Origin: Takakia lepidozioides
Lineage: Eukaryota; Plantae; Bryophyta
Assembly (NCBI GenBank): GCA_030704615.1
Contig: CM060733.1
Location: 34,162,001 to 34,226,000, forward strand
Direction of reading: 5' to 3'
Length of the DNA stretch: 64,000 bases
Every line of letters begins with the position of its first letter. Positions within the stretch are counted from its first letter, which is position 1. A program made the position numbers and the translations under genes. The notes under the pieces are model-generated. The model was given only the letters and a program-made list of their open reading frames with translations, was not told the origin of the DNA and did not search any database. Of this stretch, positions 49,874 through 62,353 are shown in pieces.

Positions 49874-50352
49874 GGACCACTCTAAACTACCCACCAGGAC
49901 CAACTCAAAATGCAATGATTCTATTGGTCATGAAGAGCTTTTATTTCTTGGGTCATAATATTGGCTTTACACTACAGACCAAGACCAACAAAGTTAGGAA
50001 TGACATGGCACCTAAGTGGCGTAGGGAGATTGTTGGTCTAGGGACTAAGAAAAGAACCCATGTAGTTTGGAGGACCAATTATTTGACCCAGGACCAAATA
50101 TAAAAACTTTAAAATATAATTCTCTCAAACGATCGTGACCATCTGTCATAATCAATTTAGAATGTTGAGGGGGAAAGATGAACGTGCTAGAAGGTGATAG
50201 TACACCTCATTTTCGAGTTTCTTGGTCTTGGTCCCATGGGCTTTACAAACATCAAATTTGGTCCCTAAGATATTAATATTCTAATATGCATCTAGGGACC
50301 AATATGCGGTCTGAGAGGATTGTTGGTCTTGGTCCATAGTCTAGAGTGGCCC
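49874..50352. mobile_element. PIF/Harbinger (Tourist-like) MITE
   Basis: TIR GGACCACTCTAAACTA / GGGCCACTCTAGACTA. TAA on both flanks (49871-49873, 50353-50355). Internal GGACCA/TGGTC motifs. Confidence 0.8.
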
Positions 50353-51910
50353 TAACTACCACAAATCGAACCCTGTCTCGTCTCCAATTGCGAGGCTGCC
50401 ATTGTCTCCTCCCATGGACTCTTTTTAACTGACCATTTCCCAATTAACCTCTAAGAGTAGGGAGCCATTTTGGTAGGCCAGCCCCAAGATAGGACCTAAT
50501 CTCATGGATGATGCTGTATCTGCCGGTGAAGATTCAGCCACAGAAATGAACATTACCAACATTTAACTACCTACCCACAAAATTGTGGAAGAATTGATCG
50601 TCAAAATTGGCAGATTATAACAAAAAAAAATGGTGGATTATGAACTCCACAAAAAATTGCTACAAAAATACAATTTAACTAAGGTGATACAGACTTTTCC
50701 TCAGGCATAGACCTCCACATTCAGAAACCATGGAGGGTTACATGTGTCTTCTCCAAATTTGAGGACCAAATTCAGAAAATTTCAAATGGCTCCTTTGTAT
50801 ATCAAATAAGGGGGTAGAATAGAAATTCCACAACACTAAGAGATAGAGAGTTGCACATATGGAAGCTGGAATTTTTTAGGGAAAGCAAATAATTCCTCTT
50901 GTGTAAGTAGTTATCCTTTGCAAGAAGATAGAGAGGAGTGCCAAATTGTTTCTGAAAAATAAATAAACTGCATGTGTAGATGACATTTTTTCTAAATTTT
51001 GGGGTCATCTCCAATGCCGTTGCCAGCTGGTGAACATTTCCAGCGACCACAACTATGGTTTGCTCCTGCATGAACTTGATGTAGTTTGTAGGGTCATCAA
51101 CAAATGCGCAAGAGCACCCGGTGATGTTGCTCCAATATCAATCGCCCGCAATGAAGGGCCCCAACTACATTTTCAAAGTCATCATGAAACAACAAGAACT
51201 AAGGGGGGGGACTGAATCCCTGATCTGCCCAATATGCAACAATGCCCCCGGCCCGCACCCCCTAAGCAGCCAGATAATCCCCACAGACATCATCCCAAGT
51301 CTGGCGGCACATTTCAGCTTTTCCAAAAAATAAAAGCACCCAAAGAAACACAAAATCCTAGCATCCTACATGCCACCACTCTCTCATTGCTCACACATGA
51401 CGAGCCATATGGCACACACACATGATGACGATGAAGAGATGAGGAAAAAAATATGGAGATGCCAACACTTCCACAACACACACCCAGCGCATTATCACCT
51501 CTCTGCCAAACAAGACAGACCACAACACACATACACCATCAGCAATGACTAGCTCCCCGCTAGGTACCTACATCCCTCACCTACAACAAACAAAAGGTAT
51601 TGAATACAATTAGGTAACCAAAGATATCACCTTGCCCATATCCAGTGGACATCACAACAACATGCACCAATGCACATATAAGTCCGTTGCGACTGGGGAC
51701 AGTCCTCCTGTGGCACCTTGCATAAACACTAAAGAGAGGAATGTAGACAGCGATGCACATGAGCATGTCCATTCCAATACGCATGAGAAGTCATTGACAC
51801 TGAGCCAATCATATCAACAGTCAAGGAGTGTGTCATCCGCATACTGAACTCAAGATGGGTACTTGCAAACATGCCCATGCCTTTCCACTACAGGAAAAAG
51901 TGGGGGGGTT

Positions 51911-52200
51911 AGTGATGTCGGACGTCGCTAAAGCCCCCTTTTGGGGCAGGGTAGATGTCCCAAATTGCGACACTAGGGCGTCGCAAGACAATCGTCGCTA
52001 ATTAGCGACGTATGGGGGTCGCTAGGTGACGTCGAGGCGACTTGCGACGCCGAAGCGACTTGCGACCCCCAAACGTCGCCTAAAAAATATAAAATATAAA
52101 ATATATATATATATATTTTTTCTGCGATGCCGCAATAGCGACGTCCGGGGGGTCGCAAAGTGACCGCCAGACGTCGCAGTTTAGGGGGGTACATTTGACT
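51911..52200. mobile_element. MITE-like remnant rich in GCGAC/GTCGC subterminal motifs
   Basis: Dense inverted GCGAC/GTCGC motifs around an AT core. Ends are only loosely inverted and no clear TSD. Confidence 0.45.
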
Positions 52201-52409
52201 TTAGTTGGGATAATTTGAATTTGAATTTCAAAAACTTGTTGATCATTGACTCGGGCGTTGACCATTGACTCCAGTTCTGTCCAACGACAATACATTCGTT
52301 GTTCTACATATATTAGGCAATGCATACTTGAACCTATGACCTCCATGTTAAAACATTTCTAAGACACTACAGACTAACCAACACATCTACGATACATCTA
52401 TGTATCACA

Positions 52410-52570
52410 CGACAACCAACATGTAGCCCTGTGGTTGGGGGTTCAAACCACGGTCTGGTGTGTCATGAATGTGTCCACCTTTCTAGCGGAAGGCAGTAGC
52501 CCTTCGGGGTGAAGTGACTCCATAAATTACGTTTCCTTCGAGAGGCGTCATACTTTACTTTACTTTACTT
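52410..52570 (+). mobile_element. SINE with B-box-like motif and (TTTAC)n tail
   Basis: 11-bp TSD TATGTATCACA (52399-52409, 52571-52581). GGGGTTCAAACC. Homologous to the split copy at ~53660-53749 plus 55251-55347 and the inverted fragment 54271-54330. Confidence 0.75.
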
Positions 52571-52696
52571 TATGTATCACAAAAGTAGTCTAAATATATA
52601 TATATACATATCAAGATTTCTTTCAAGTTTCTTCTAAGGGGGTCCCTCTTGTGACATCGGGGAGTTGCAACCTCTGCAGCCTTAGTGCCCAGCCCC

Positions 52697-52756
52697 AGCC
52701 CCGGCGTCATCGCCGTTGCTACAGCCCCGGCGTCATCGCCGTTGCTACAGCCCCAG
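52697..52756. repeat. 26-bp tandem repeat x2
   Basis: agccccggcgtcatcgccgttgctac twice. Confidence 0.8.
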
Positions 52757-53749
52757 CGCCAGACCAAGTAGTCACCGTTTAAACTGTTGTATGGCACAAC
52801 CACTCGTAGTCTTTTACATGATAATCATATAACCATAGTGGCTGCTGATCCAGTGGATTGGGATTCCTTCTTGGTCAACATGAAAGCTAAGCGGCAAAAA
52901 ATTTACACAAACATGTGCTAAAAATAATATTACCAAGTCCCAGATAATGCAGGCCAAGAACTATAATCGCAGGCCGGTGTGCACCTCGCAAGAATTCCTG
53001 CAGGGACAGTCAGTCTGTATTCGACTTCAGCTTGGGAAAATCATTTTCAAGGCCTCTAAAAGGACCGAGGGGCCATATTTGATTGCAGAGGTTTTGCGGG
53101 GTCGACAATATCGTTTGCTACCACAACATCCTTCTGCCCCTCATCTTATCCGCACTATTGCGTATTGCAAATTGGTGTTTGATCTCATATCCATCAATGT
53201 TGAGGGACACAATGTAGTTCTAACCCCTGGCCATGCATGAATACTGCAGGTGATCCAGACCCGCTCTGCTCATTCTTGGCCATTATTCTGGCCTAACAGT
53301 TGGCAGTGGTGGAGCTGTTAACTTGTGGTTTCTGATTGGATGTCTTCCCCGGTTTTAGAAGGTGATGGAGGCTTAAGACGTAGAACTTTGTGTTAGCCTA
53401 GGATCAATTGTAACATGATTGGGGTTTTTCATATAGAGGGTTTTGAGTTTGTAGGGTAAGGTTTTTCCTCTTAGGTTTTTTCATCCCTCTCATATTGGAT
53501 GCGTAGTATGAGCTTTGGATTTTGGCTTGGTGTTTGCTACGATAATCTTCGTCTCTCCCCGTAGGGAGGAGCCAATTAAAAACTGGATCATCTTGCAGAA
53601 AAGAAAATAAGAGGTTTTGTCGAAAAACTCTGAAATTAAGAGCCGATGATGAACATGATGACTCCGCATGACAACCAAGTTATGGGCAAAAACCATATCA
53701 GAAGTGGTTGTGTGTTCAACCCACCGATTGGTGTCACAAGGGTGTCCAC

Positions 53750-55250
53750 CAGTGTTGTGTGGGTAGTGCCTTTTTAAGGAACCCGCCGGGTCCGGGTTCG
53801 GGTATTTTTTTGGAGCCTAGTCCGGGTTCGGATCCGGGTTTTGGAAATTTGGAAAATCTGGGTTCAGGTTTTTGAACACGGAGTCGAGTCCGGGTCCGGA
53901 TAGTTGCTGGAAAAAATTAACGGGTTCATGGGTTCGGATCCGGATCCTATTTAATTGATTAAATATATTAGAAAAATGAGATTAATTAGAAATAATGTTT
54001 TCTGTCACATTTAAATTAAGAAATGTCAAATAAATGTCTAATTTTAATATATATATTTTAATAGTTTTACAGATATATATATTTTTATCTATTAAAATTA
54101 AAACCCGGACCCCGACCCGCTATACTGGCCCCGGGTAGCGGGTTTAACAAGTTCTAGACCTGGCAGGTCCAGATCCGGGTCCGGGTTTTTGGTGATAGCA
54201 CGGGTTCGGGTGCGGATCCGGGTAACCCGGACCCTAACCCGCCGAGTACCTAGACCCGCACAACACTGCAGTGGACACCAAAGGGCACAACTTTGTGACA
54301 CCGCTACGAGGATTGAACCCACAACCACTTTTGAGGTGGTATGTGGCCATTACCAGTGGGCTACAGCTTGGTTGGGGCTGGCTGCTGCAGCGGCCTATTG
54401 CTCGTCCCCTCCACACATACCGTCCCTGGAAAACGTTTAGGCGATAATTAATTCAAAATGAAAGTGCCTAATCAATTTTGTGAATTTTTCAGATTTTGGC
54501 CTAATTGTTGGGAAATTATGGCACCAAAGTGCCTAATGCCCAAAAATTCCACCAAAAAACTTGCAAGCTTCTTCTCATGTTGTTTGTAATAAGATCAAAA
54601 TTTCTTTGAACAAAAATCAATACAAATATATGCGTGCGAAAATAACTAGCCTACCAGCCTACCACAACTCAAGAGTACCATTATGTAAGAGGTTTCACTA
54701 TACACCAGCATACCAATATGAAAACCAGTGTATCCAATGACCAATGTATCAAAGCCCTATATCAAGGTGCCGACACTAGTGTGGACTACCAATATTGAAC
54801 TCACCTAAAGTGTGAGAGCGAAGGGAGAGCTTGCCTATGCCAACTTGAGCCTTGGAGCACCGCGTACAACAAAGAGGGGCATTTTTAGGGTTTCAAAGGA
54901 AATCTCAGGTCGACTTGTGCTGATTGATTTATTTTATTATGAGGCGCAAAAGTGCCTAAACGGTTGTCCAGGGACGGCAAAACCTACCACATCTATCTAA
55001 GGTGGACCCCCCATGCCCCATCTAAAATTAAGACCCAGATCCTGACCCCTAGAGTGGCCCGCGGTAGCGGGTTTAACGGGTTCTGAACCTAGCAGTCCAG
55101 GTCCGGATTGGGTTCCGGGTTTATTTTAGAAATGAACCCGGGTCACGGTCCAGGTATTTGGTGATGGCACGGGTCCGCATCCGGTTCCGGGTAACCCGGA
55201 TCCTACCCCGCCGGGTACCTGGGGTCAAAACCCAGACCCGCACAACACTG
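53750..55250. mobile_element. Composite hAT MITE (one left end, two right ends) inserted in a SINE
   Basis: TIR CAGTGTTGTG[T/C]GGGT at 53750. ACCCGCACAACACTG ends at 54268 and 55250. 8-bp TSD GTGTCCAC (53742-53749, 55251-55258). CCGGGT/ACCCG subterminal repeats. Confidence 0.85.
54420..54977. mobile_element. Tc1/mariner-like MITE nested in the composite hAT element
   Basis: TIR CCGTCCCTGGAAAACGTTTAGGC ... GCCTAAACGGTTGTCCAGGGACGG. Left flank TA, right flank CA. Subterminal sequence resembles the 30833-30875 end of the 25203-30890 element. Confidence 0.75.
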
Positions 55251-56311
55251 GTGTCCACCTTTCTGGAAGGCAAGTAGCCTTTTGGAGTCAAGATACACCA
55301 TTATGTACGCATACTGCGGGAGGGCGTCGTACCTTTTATTTTATTTTATGAAGCATGTTCTTGTGGAAATTGGACTCAATTGACTTAGCTATTTAGGACT
55401 ATTGATAAGATTTGTATATTTATTTTGCTTGTTTTGTGGAGGGTGCCAGAATTTTTTATTGCTAACAAAACCTTTATATAATATTCTTCCTCCAACGGCC
55501 AAATGCCATGAAAGTTTAGGGAGAATTATCCCCAGTCAGGCCCAAACGCGATTTTGTTCAACTTCGATTGTTCTTAGTTATGAATGAAAAGGAGGTGCAG
55601 ATTTTGCTGTCAAGGGCAAGGGCATAGGCCTTTAGGCGCTGATCACCTCCAGTGTTCTGACATTGGGGGATTGGACAAATGTGCATTGCAAGCTTCTACT
55701 GTTAGGATGCTAGAGGAGAGAGAGAGGCTTATAAATGCCCTACCATCTCTGGGATCTTCTATGTTACAACTCCACACCAAATCCATAGGCCGTAACTGCG
55801 GCCCAAATAGTGAGGTTCAATTTGTGCTCCTGCAGAGGGGGGAGTTTGATCAAAAGGAGCTTTTCGTTCTAGCTTTTCATTCTAAGGTGCTTAGGCTGGC
55901 TGAAGCATCCGAGCACAATTCCTCAGTTGTTTCAGAAGGAGATAGAAAAGGTCGTGGAGGCCCAAAGAGCAGGCACATATTCTCATGATGTGATGATGGC
56001 CTAACTATTGAGAGCTGAGATACAGTGAAAGCCCACAGAAACCACCGCGGACCAATCCTTTAGCTCTTGCAAACCTACAGGCATGGATCCATGCGAGGCT
56101 GATGAGACTTGGCTCCTCAGAAGTGGCTGCATGGTGTGGTGCTTCAGGACCCAAAGCCTTGATGTGCAATCGAGGAGGAACCTGGTTAGCATGAGGCACA
56201 GGACTGAAGAAAAAGGCTATTCATATTCCCACTGTGTCCTGCGATGGGGGAAGCACCAACTCCACATAATCATAGAACAATCAAACAATGTGTTTAATAC
56301 ACTGCACACTA

Positions 56312-59300
56312 TTATTCTCTCGACGGCGGTAAGAAAGAATTTGGTGCAATGGAGATCTTCTTGGCCATGATGACCCGCCGTTTCCGTCCAACCCATGTGC
56401 TCAACCAGAGAGGATCAAGGGCCACTGTCTTGAAGCCTGCCCTTGAGTATAAATTTTGTGCAGCGTCATCATCTTCATATGCATGCAACACCAAATAGTC
56501 AAAACCCCATTGCAATGCTCTGGAGTCACATGCTTGTAGAAGCAATGTTGCCACATTCTGTCTCCTGCATGTTCCAAAACAAGTAACCATCAGATCACCA
56601 AATCATAACATCACATGAGACATAAAATGAGTACGTGCACAGTTTTCCTGAATTATTTTGGCCTCTCTCTCATAGAAAGCATCCGGGTTCTTCTGCAGTT
56701 TAATGATACTGTGAGGCGCTCACTCCAGTAGCGGAAATTACCATAATGTGAACAGTTTGTTGGGGCTTCAGACTTTCTAGAAAGCCCTTCACACAAGCAT
56801 CAACATTATGCTGTGTGTGAACTTCCCAGCAGTTACACCCCAACAGGTCCAGGCCTTTAGGCTCAGCCTCAAGATTTTGATAGTTGGTGAACAGAGGTGC
56901 AGGGACCAAGTTCTTGATGTACTTGAAGAGGGTGGCTCTCTGATGATAATACCCAGGACATTGTATCATGGATATTGTCTTCAGGCTGCCTGCACATCAG
57001 GCATTGGCAACCTCCCTTTTCTCCCTGCATCTGCTTTTGTTCAAAGGTAGACACCTTACCCTGGGTTTAAATGTTAGTCTAGTGCCAAGGATAGCTAGGA
57101 CCTTCAGGTCATCCTGAAGTCCTCAAACTGGCAACAAGTTCAAGGAAGTTTTATGCCTAACTTCATTAATGCCCCAAGAAGAGAGGGAGATAGAGCTGCT
57201 GACAGGTAATTGGGCTGTAAGATACTATTGTCATGGAGGACCGAAAATGTCTCCCGATAGAACTGCAGCCATTTTGTAAGATGAACAGGTTTCTTGGTCC
57301 GCTCCTGCCTGATGTCTCTGTTGCGGTCCTGCTTCAATAAAATTTCTGAACACTCCATATTTTGTGGCTGTAGGGAAGCAGTGGAAAGTCCATGGTAATC
57401 AGAGAAGTTGGAGACCTGAGCATACCAAGAGGTCTTGAAACCTTGTGTGTTTATTAATCTCGTAGAGGTTGCGAGGGCTCGGGCAGGCAGTCATTGGGTG
57501 GAAGGGGCTCACAACCTTGTCAGGAAGATAGTAAGCCAGAAAATGGTCTCGGTTTCAATAGGTACACATGAAAATTCACGTATGAGATCTGTGATGATCC
57601 TGTACCTCTAACCCCAAGCATTTCTTGGAGGAAAGACGGTTGCAGGTGTTCCACATTTTTCTCCCACAACAAAACAGGGACCCCAGGGACCGAAAACTAC
57701 CATAAGTGGCCGCAGGGCTCACAACCGAGTCGAAAAGCCACTTTTTGGTGGAGGGGTAGTGCACATGGATTTGTTTGCATTTAGCCTGAAGACATGTGGA
57801 GGCGCCCTTTCCCTTCAATCTGTCAGTAGCAGTCAATGCAGACTGAAATTTGGGTGCATGGATAACCAGACCCAGATATAGGTATGATTTCACAACCTCA
57901 ATCTCGTGCTGGTTGAAGAGGGAAAGAAACGTTATGATGTCCACACGGGATGACTTTCAACCAGCATTTTCAAGTGCCAACCTCCTAACAGGAAGCAGTA
58001 GGAAGCCATCACCAAGTTATGTTGTCTTCCGCCCACTGTACTACCATATTTCTACTTGAATTTGTGAAGAAAATGAGCCCACCTGAAGCTTGCATCTACC
58101 GCCATGCCGCTCACATACAAGTATTCATAAGCACCTTGCAGATGGCACAGCACGTCCTTGTCAACTAAGGCTGTCAGATTGACCACACCAACCACACTCT
58201 GTTGGGCTTTGGTGCCAAGAGAATCCGGTTGCAAGTCCATGGCTATCTCAGCCAGCAAGCATGCATATCTGCACTGTTGCAACATGCTCCTTGTTAGACC
58301 TCTGACTATCCTCTGAAAGGCAACTTTGTTCTCAGGTTGAACTCAACGAGCTGGGACCTACCAAGTATTCACTAAGGGACAATTTCAGCTGAGAGTCCAA
58401 AAAGTGGAGTGCAGACGAACCATTGATTAAGGGGTCAAGTCAGGTCAGGTCTGAAGGGTACATAGAAGGAGGAACAGAACATTCCGAGAATCACTGGTGG
58501 AATTTGTCCGACCATTTACAAAAGTGACAAGTGCATAGAGAGGGCCAGTAATTGAACCTGTCAGCGGGAGAGTGTCGGGCCTTGTAAATAAGGGCACTCA
58601 GCACTTCAGCCTGTGACAATTCACACATACCCAAAAGCCTGTCACCTCCATTACCTCGGAATTCTCTCCCTCTCTTTTTCAGCATCAGGCGTATTCAGAC
58701 TACAAGCTGGCTTTGGAAAATGAGCTCATGTAATTGGGCACAACTGACACATTTGTCTCATTTTTCCGACAGTAGGTTGAGGATGGTGTGTCCGCGATCC
58801 CCTTGTTGTGGGTTCTTGTATCAGCCAGAGGCTTTCTTCACACTTTCCAAATGACTGTCACGAGAGCTTCTCTTGCTCCGATAAAAATCCAAGAGAGAAT
58901 GCCTAGTGTGGGATCCATATGGCTCTCTTTTGGTTCTAGCCATGAGGGCAGATGGCCTTCATGGATATAACAAGTTTCCCTCTATCGGTCAATCTGTCCT
59001 TCTCTCTCTAAAAAAACAAAATTGTTTTGCTAATCTCTCCTGTAGACCTTCTGGGCCTCTTGTCACAGGGATAATTAGATCTTGGTTTGTTCTACATGTC
59101 CACCATGGTTTCTCATGGCCCTCTGTGTGAATGATATGAAGCTCCTTCCTTTCTTCTTCCTCTCTCTTTAGCTTGAGATTTCTTCTTTTTCTCTAGGTGT
59201 CCCCTCTTCTTGACCTTTACAAAGCTCCTTGGTTTCCTTCTCTCCATCCTGCCCTCAAATTCTCAATTCCTCATACCATAAGATTATAGCACTCATCAAA

Positions 59301-60133
59301 CACTCTTTGAGCGAAAAATCAGGTCGAGATGGTTCTAAAAAGTCATATTCTACTATCGACAGTACTAACTTTCAACGTTTGCAGACCAAGATAACACTCT
59401 CCAGCAAAAAGAACAATGCACCACCTCCCACCTTGAATAATTTGAAGAAAAGATCATCAAACAATGCCGAGGAAGAATGGAAAGCCGATGCCTGTATCTG
59501 AGCCACAACTCTCAGTTCCTCTGTGTCGAACCTGCTGGCATCGCGGACCCTCCATCCATACCCACTCACTAAGTAGTCCCCCGTCCCTCTCTCCCTGGTA
59601 GAGAATAAGTCGCCCACTGCCTCCTCTCTCACTTTCTCTGGGATCAAACTCAAATCACCTTGGAAGTGGGACCTGGCAACGACGCAGAAGCCCCGTCTTC
59701 GAGGAGTCTTACCTCTGGTGACAAGGTTAAATAACTCCCCACCAGCAGCATCACAGCAGGTGCTAGGAGTACAAGTGCAACCCTCTCTCCCCAACCACAC
59801 CGTCCGAGCGTCCCCCAAAGCCTCACAACGAAGCCCAATTGGTGAACCATATGTGGCGGGGCCAAACATTCCTTGAGGTAATGACCTCCTGCCAGCCTTC
59901 TGTGTATTCTGAGACCAAGAACAGCTCGAGGGCAGGATTGCAGTTGTGACCCCTCCATGAGTCTCTAGAGCTGAGACTCTCGTTCTTGGATGTGACCAAG
60001 CGTGACCTATGCCCCTAGATCTCGTATACAACATCTCCACATTGCTCCGACATGCTGCCACAATGACCTTCGGACTATTTATAAATCTATGGGTCAATGG
60101 GCCTCGAACAATAATTCGATTTGGTTGATCCAT
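56312..60133 (-). CDS. GNAT10: GCN5-related N-acetyltransferase, plastid GNAT type (GNAT10-like); 4 exons
   Basis: Approximate exons: 60133-59432 (..VAQIQASAFH..FFKLFK), 58610-58558 (AEVLSALIYKARHSPADR), 58269-58083 (YACLLAE..VVGVV..YLYVSGMAVDASFR), 56564-56312 (RQNVATLLLQAC..LHAYEDDDAAQNLYSRAGF..WVGRKRRVIMAK). Long transit-peptide-like N-terminus; start codon uncertain. The symbol is by recalled similarity. Confidence 0.85.
56700..57945 (-). mobile_element. Degenerate non-L1 LINE fragment (RTE/L2-like RT C-terminus) in GNAT intron 3
   Basis: EIEVVKSYLYLGL..., LFDSVVSPAATYGS, and downstream CQCLMCRQPEDNIH zinc-finger-like motif; frameshifted. Confidence 0.65.
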
Positions 60134-62353
60134 GAAGAGACCTGCAGTTAAATTACAGTAGCTCGGTATTCTTCCTTTTCGTCAACAACAAATGTCATTG
60201 CAGGTAAGTGTTGATCTGCAGAAATGAAGCTGCATCTCTCTACGCAAAATGATTCCTTTGAAAACGAACCAGTGAGCAGTCAGCAGTCAGCAGTCAGCCG
60301 AGAAATGGAAAATTGCGGATGGGTATGAGATTCCGACAGAGCACACAGTCAGCTTGCTTCCCAAGATACCCGCATTCATACTACAGTGCCAAGAGCACCC
60401 CCAAATGGTTTACGGCATCCCATTCGTGCCGGTGGGAGGTGAGCGATTCTCCTTGTGCAACATGGAAGCTGGGCTTGTAGATGTGGGCCCAATGGACGAT
60501 TCCACGCCTGGAAAGAGGCCGAGCATTGTGGTGCAGATGTGCAAGAAAAATCCAGCCAATTGCCAGGGAATTGGAGTGTAGATGCAACGTACTTGGCTGT
60601 CTCTTTCCTAAAGTTCAAGTAGCGACCTAACCCATAACCCACATGTAGAGCGTGTTTTCTGTGTGGAGTGCAATTGTTGAAGGGGCCCACCTACAGTTAG
60701 GCACCCAATAGGCACATTTATGCTGTCTATTTTAGGTGCCCACTAACAGTTGCACTACTAGCTTGGACTATTGGAGCACCTCACTAACTGAACGAGAGCA
60801 GTTTGACATGAAACTAACAGCATGAACTAGGACCTTTCAGCTAATGGGGGTGTCTGACTTCCTCACCAGGTTGACTAGTCATCTCCTACTCTCTTCATTT
60901 CCAGAGTAAGTTGTCTTGGAAAAAGAGCTTCCTGGGAAAGGTATGGCAACTACACCTTGCGAGCTTCAACATGAGCGCAAGGTGGAGGTCTAAGTTTCCC
61001 TTCTTCTCTATACAGTTATGCAGTGTGCAGACATGAGAAGAACTGAGTGTATCTTGTCCTCTGTCAAGGCATTTTAATCTGTTGTTGTCTATGCTGTGCA
61101 AGTTGCGTGGACTCTGCTGTCCTTCTTCTGCGTGTAGAAGTGAAGCGTGGAGGCTGAGGACGTTATCTCAACTACCGCACAAATGGTGCACTAACGATGT
61201 GCTAGTGGGGCAGCATGACTGGGTGTCAGCCCCCTTACATTCAAGGGCTTCAAAACTGCAAATTCGGAGCTTCTGTTTTGTTTAGTATGTCTTCTTGTTG
61301 AACATAAGCAAAATCAACCACCGGCATGCATGGAAGACCTGGCTCTTTGGCCCACAAGGTGTATTTAAGGTTGACCCAAACGCTAGATTTGAATCTGCAT
61401 GGACCACCACCAGGATGTGAATTTAATTGCATAGTACACACACACCAGTGATAAAGTGTGGAGCTTGTCATGACATAGTTCCTTAGAAATTGACCATTGA
61501 AACCATGGAAATGCCTGCATCCTCATCTCACTGGCCACATTGTGTTGAGTTGCACCTAAAATTCTCCAAACTTCCTACAGACACTTCCTATAAACTTCCT
61601 GTGTTGTCTGATTCCTTTTCTTTCATCATTTTCTGCGTTTGGTTTTTGTCTTCCAACCAGGACTCCTGCTGAATATCAACCAGTCATTGTTGTATGCATC
61701 CAAGCATCAAAATCAGACAGTGGAAACATCTACAATTTCAATGAAAAATAAAGAACTCATGCATTTGCCACTGGGCTGATCCAAAATGCATCTCCAATCA
61801 GGTAAAGGAGACATCGATTACAAACTCTCAAAAGTCTTTCATGGTTATGATGCCATCTCACAAAGCTGTGCTGGAGGATCTTCCCATACATACCACCTAC
61901 TCAAGGAATGCCAGAAAAAGGCCCTGCAAATTTCATGAACAGGACTTTATGGCCAATTCAATCATGCCAGTAGTCGAGAGAAAGAATTGGAGGTCCCTAC
62001 TGTACATTCTGTTAAAGCAAATGATGGTTAACAAGAACTGTAGACATTCCAAAGATATAGACTTGGTGAGACTCTGCCCATTTTTTATCCACACTGTACA
62101 ATCAACAAACATTTGTTTCTTCATTACCTTCTTCACCGTGTACCTTGCCAACATGAACACCTCACTGCCTATATAACTGCCAAGCTGAAAGTAGTGAACA
62201 TTCCGATCCACCCTCCCTCTTGATCTTGACTTTCCCTCTCTGCTGCTTTCCCCACCCTCAAAGCCCTTTGCTAGGAAGGGATTAGGGCTCCACATACCCA
62301 CTTCCTCGAAACAATTGTAACAGCTCAATTAAAAAATTAACAAATGGATAGCC

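Noticed and set aside
54578-54871. Solo LTR (TGTTGT...ACAACA) inside the mariner-like MITE
   Set aside because: The 5-bp flanks (TCTCA / AAGAG) do not match and there is no second copy in the window.
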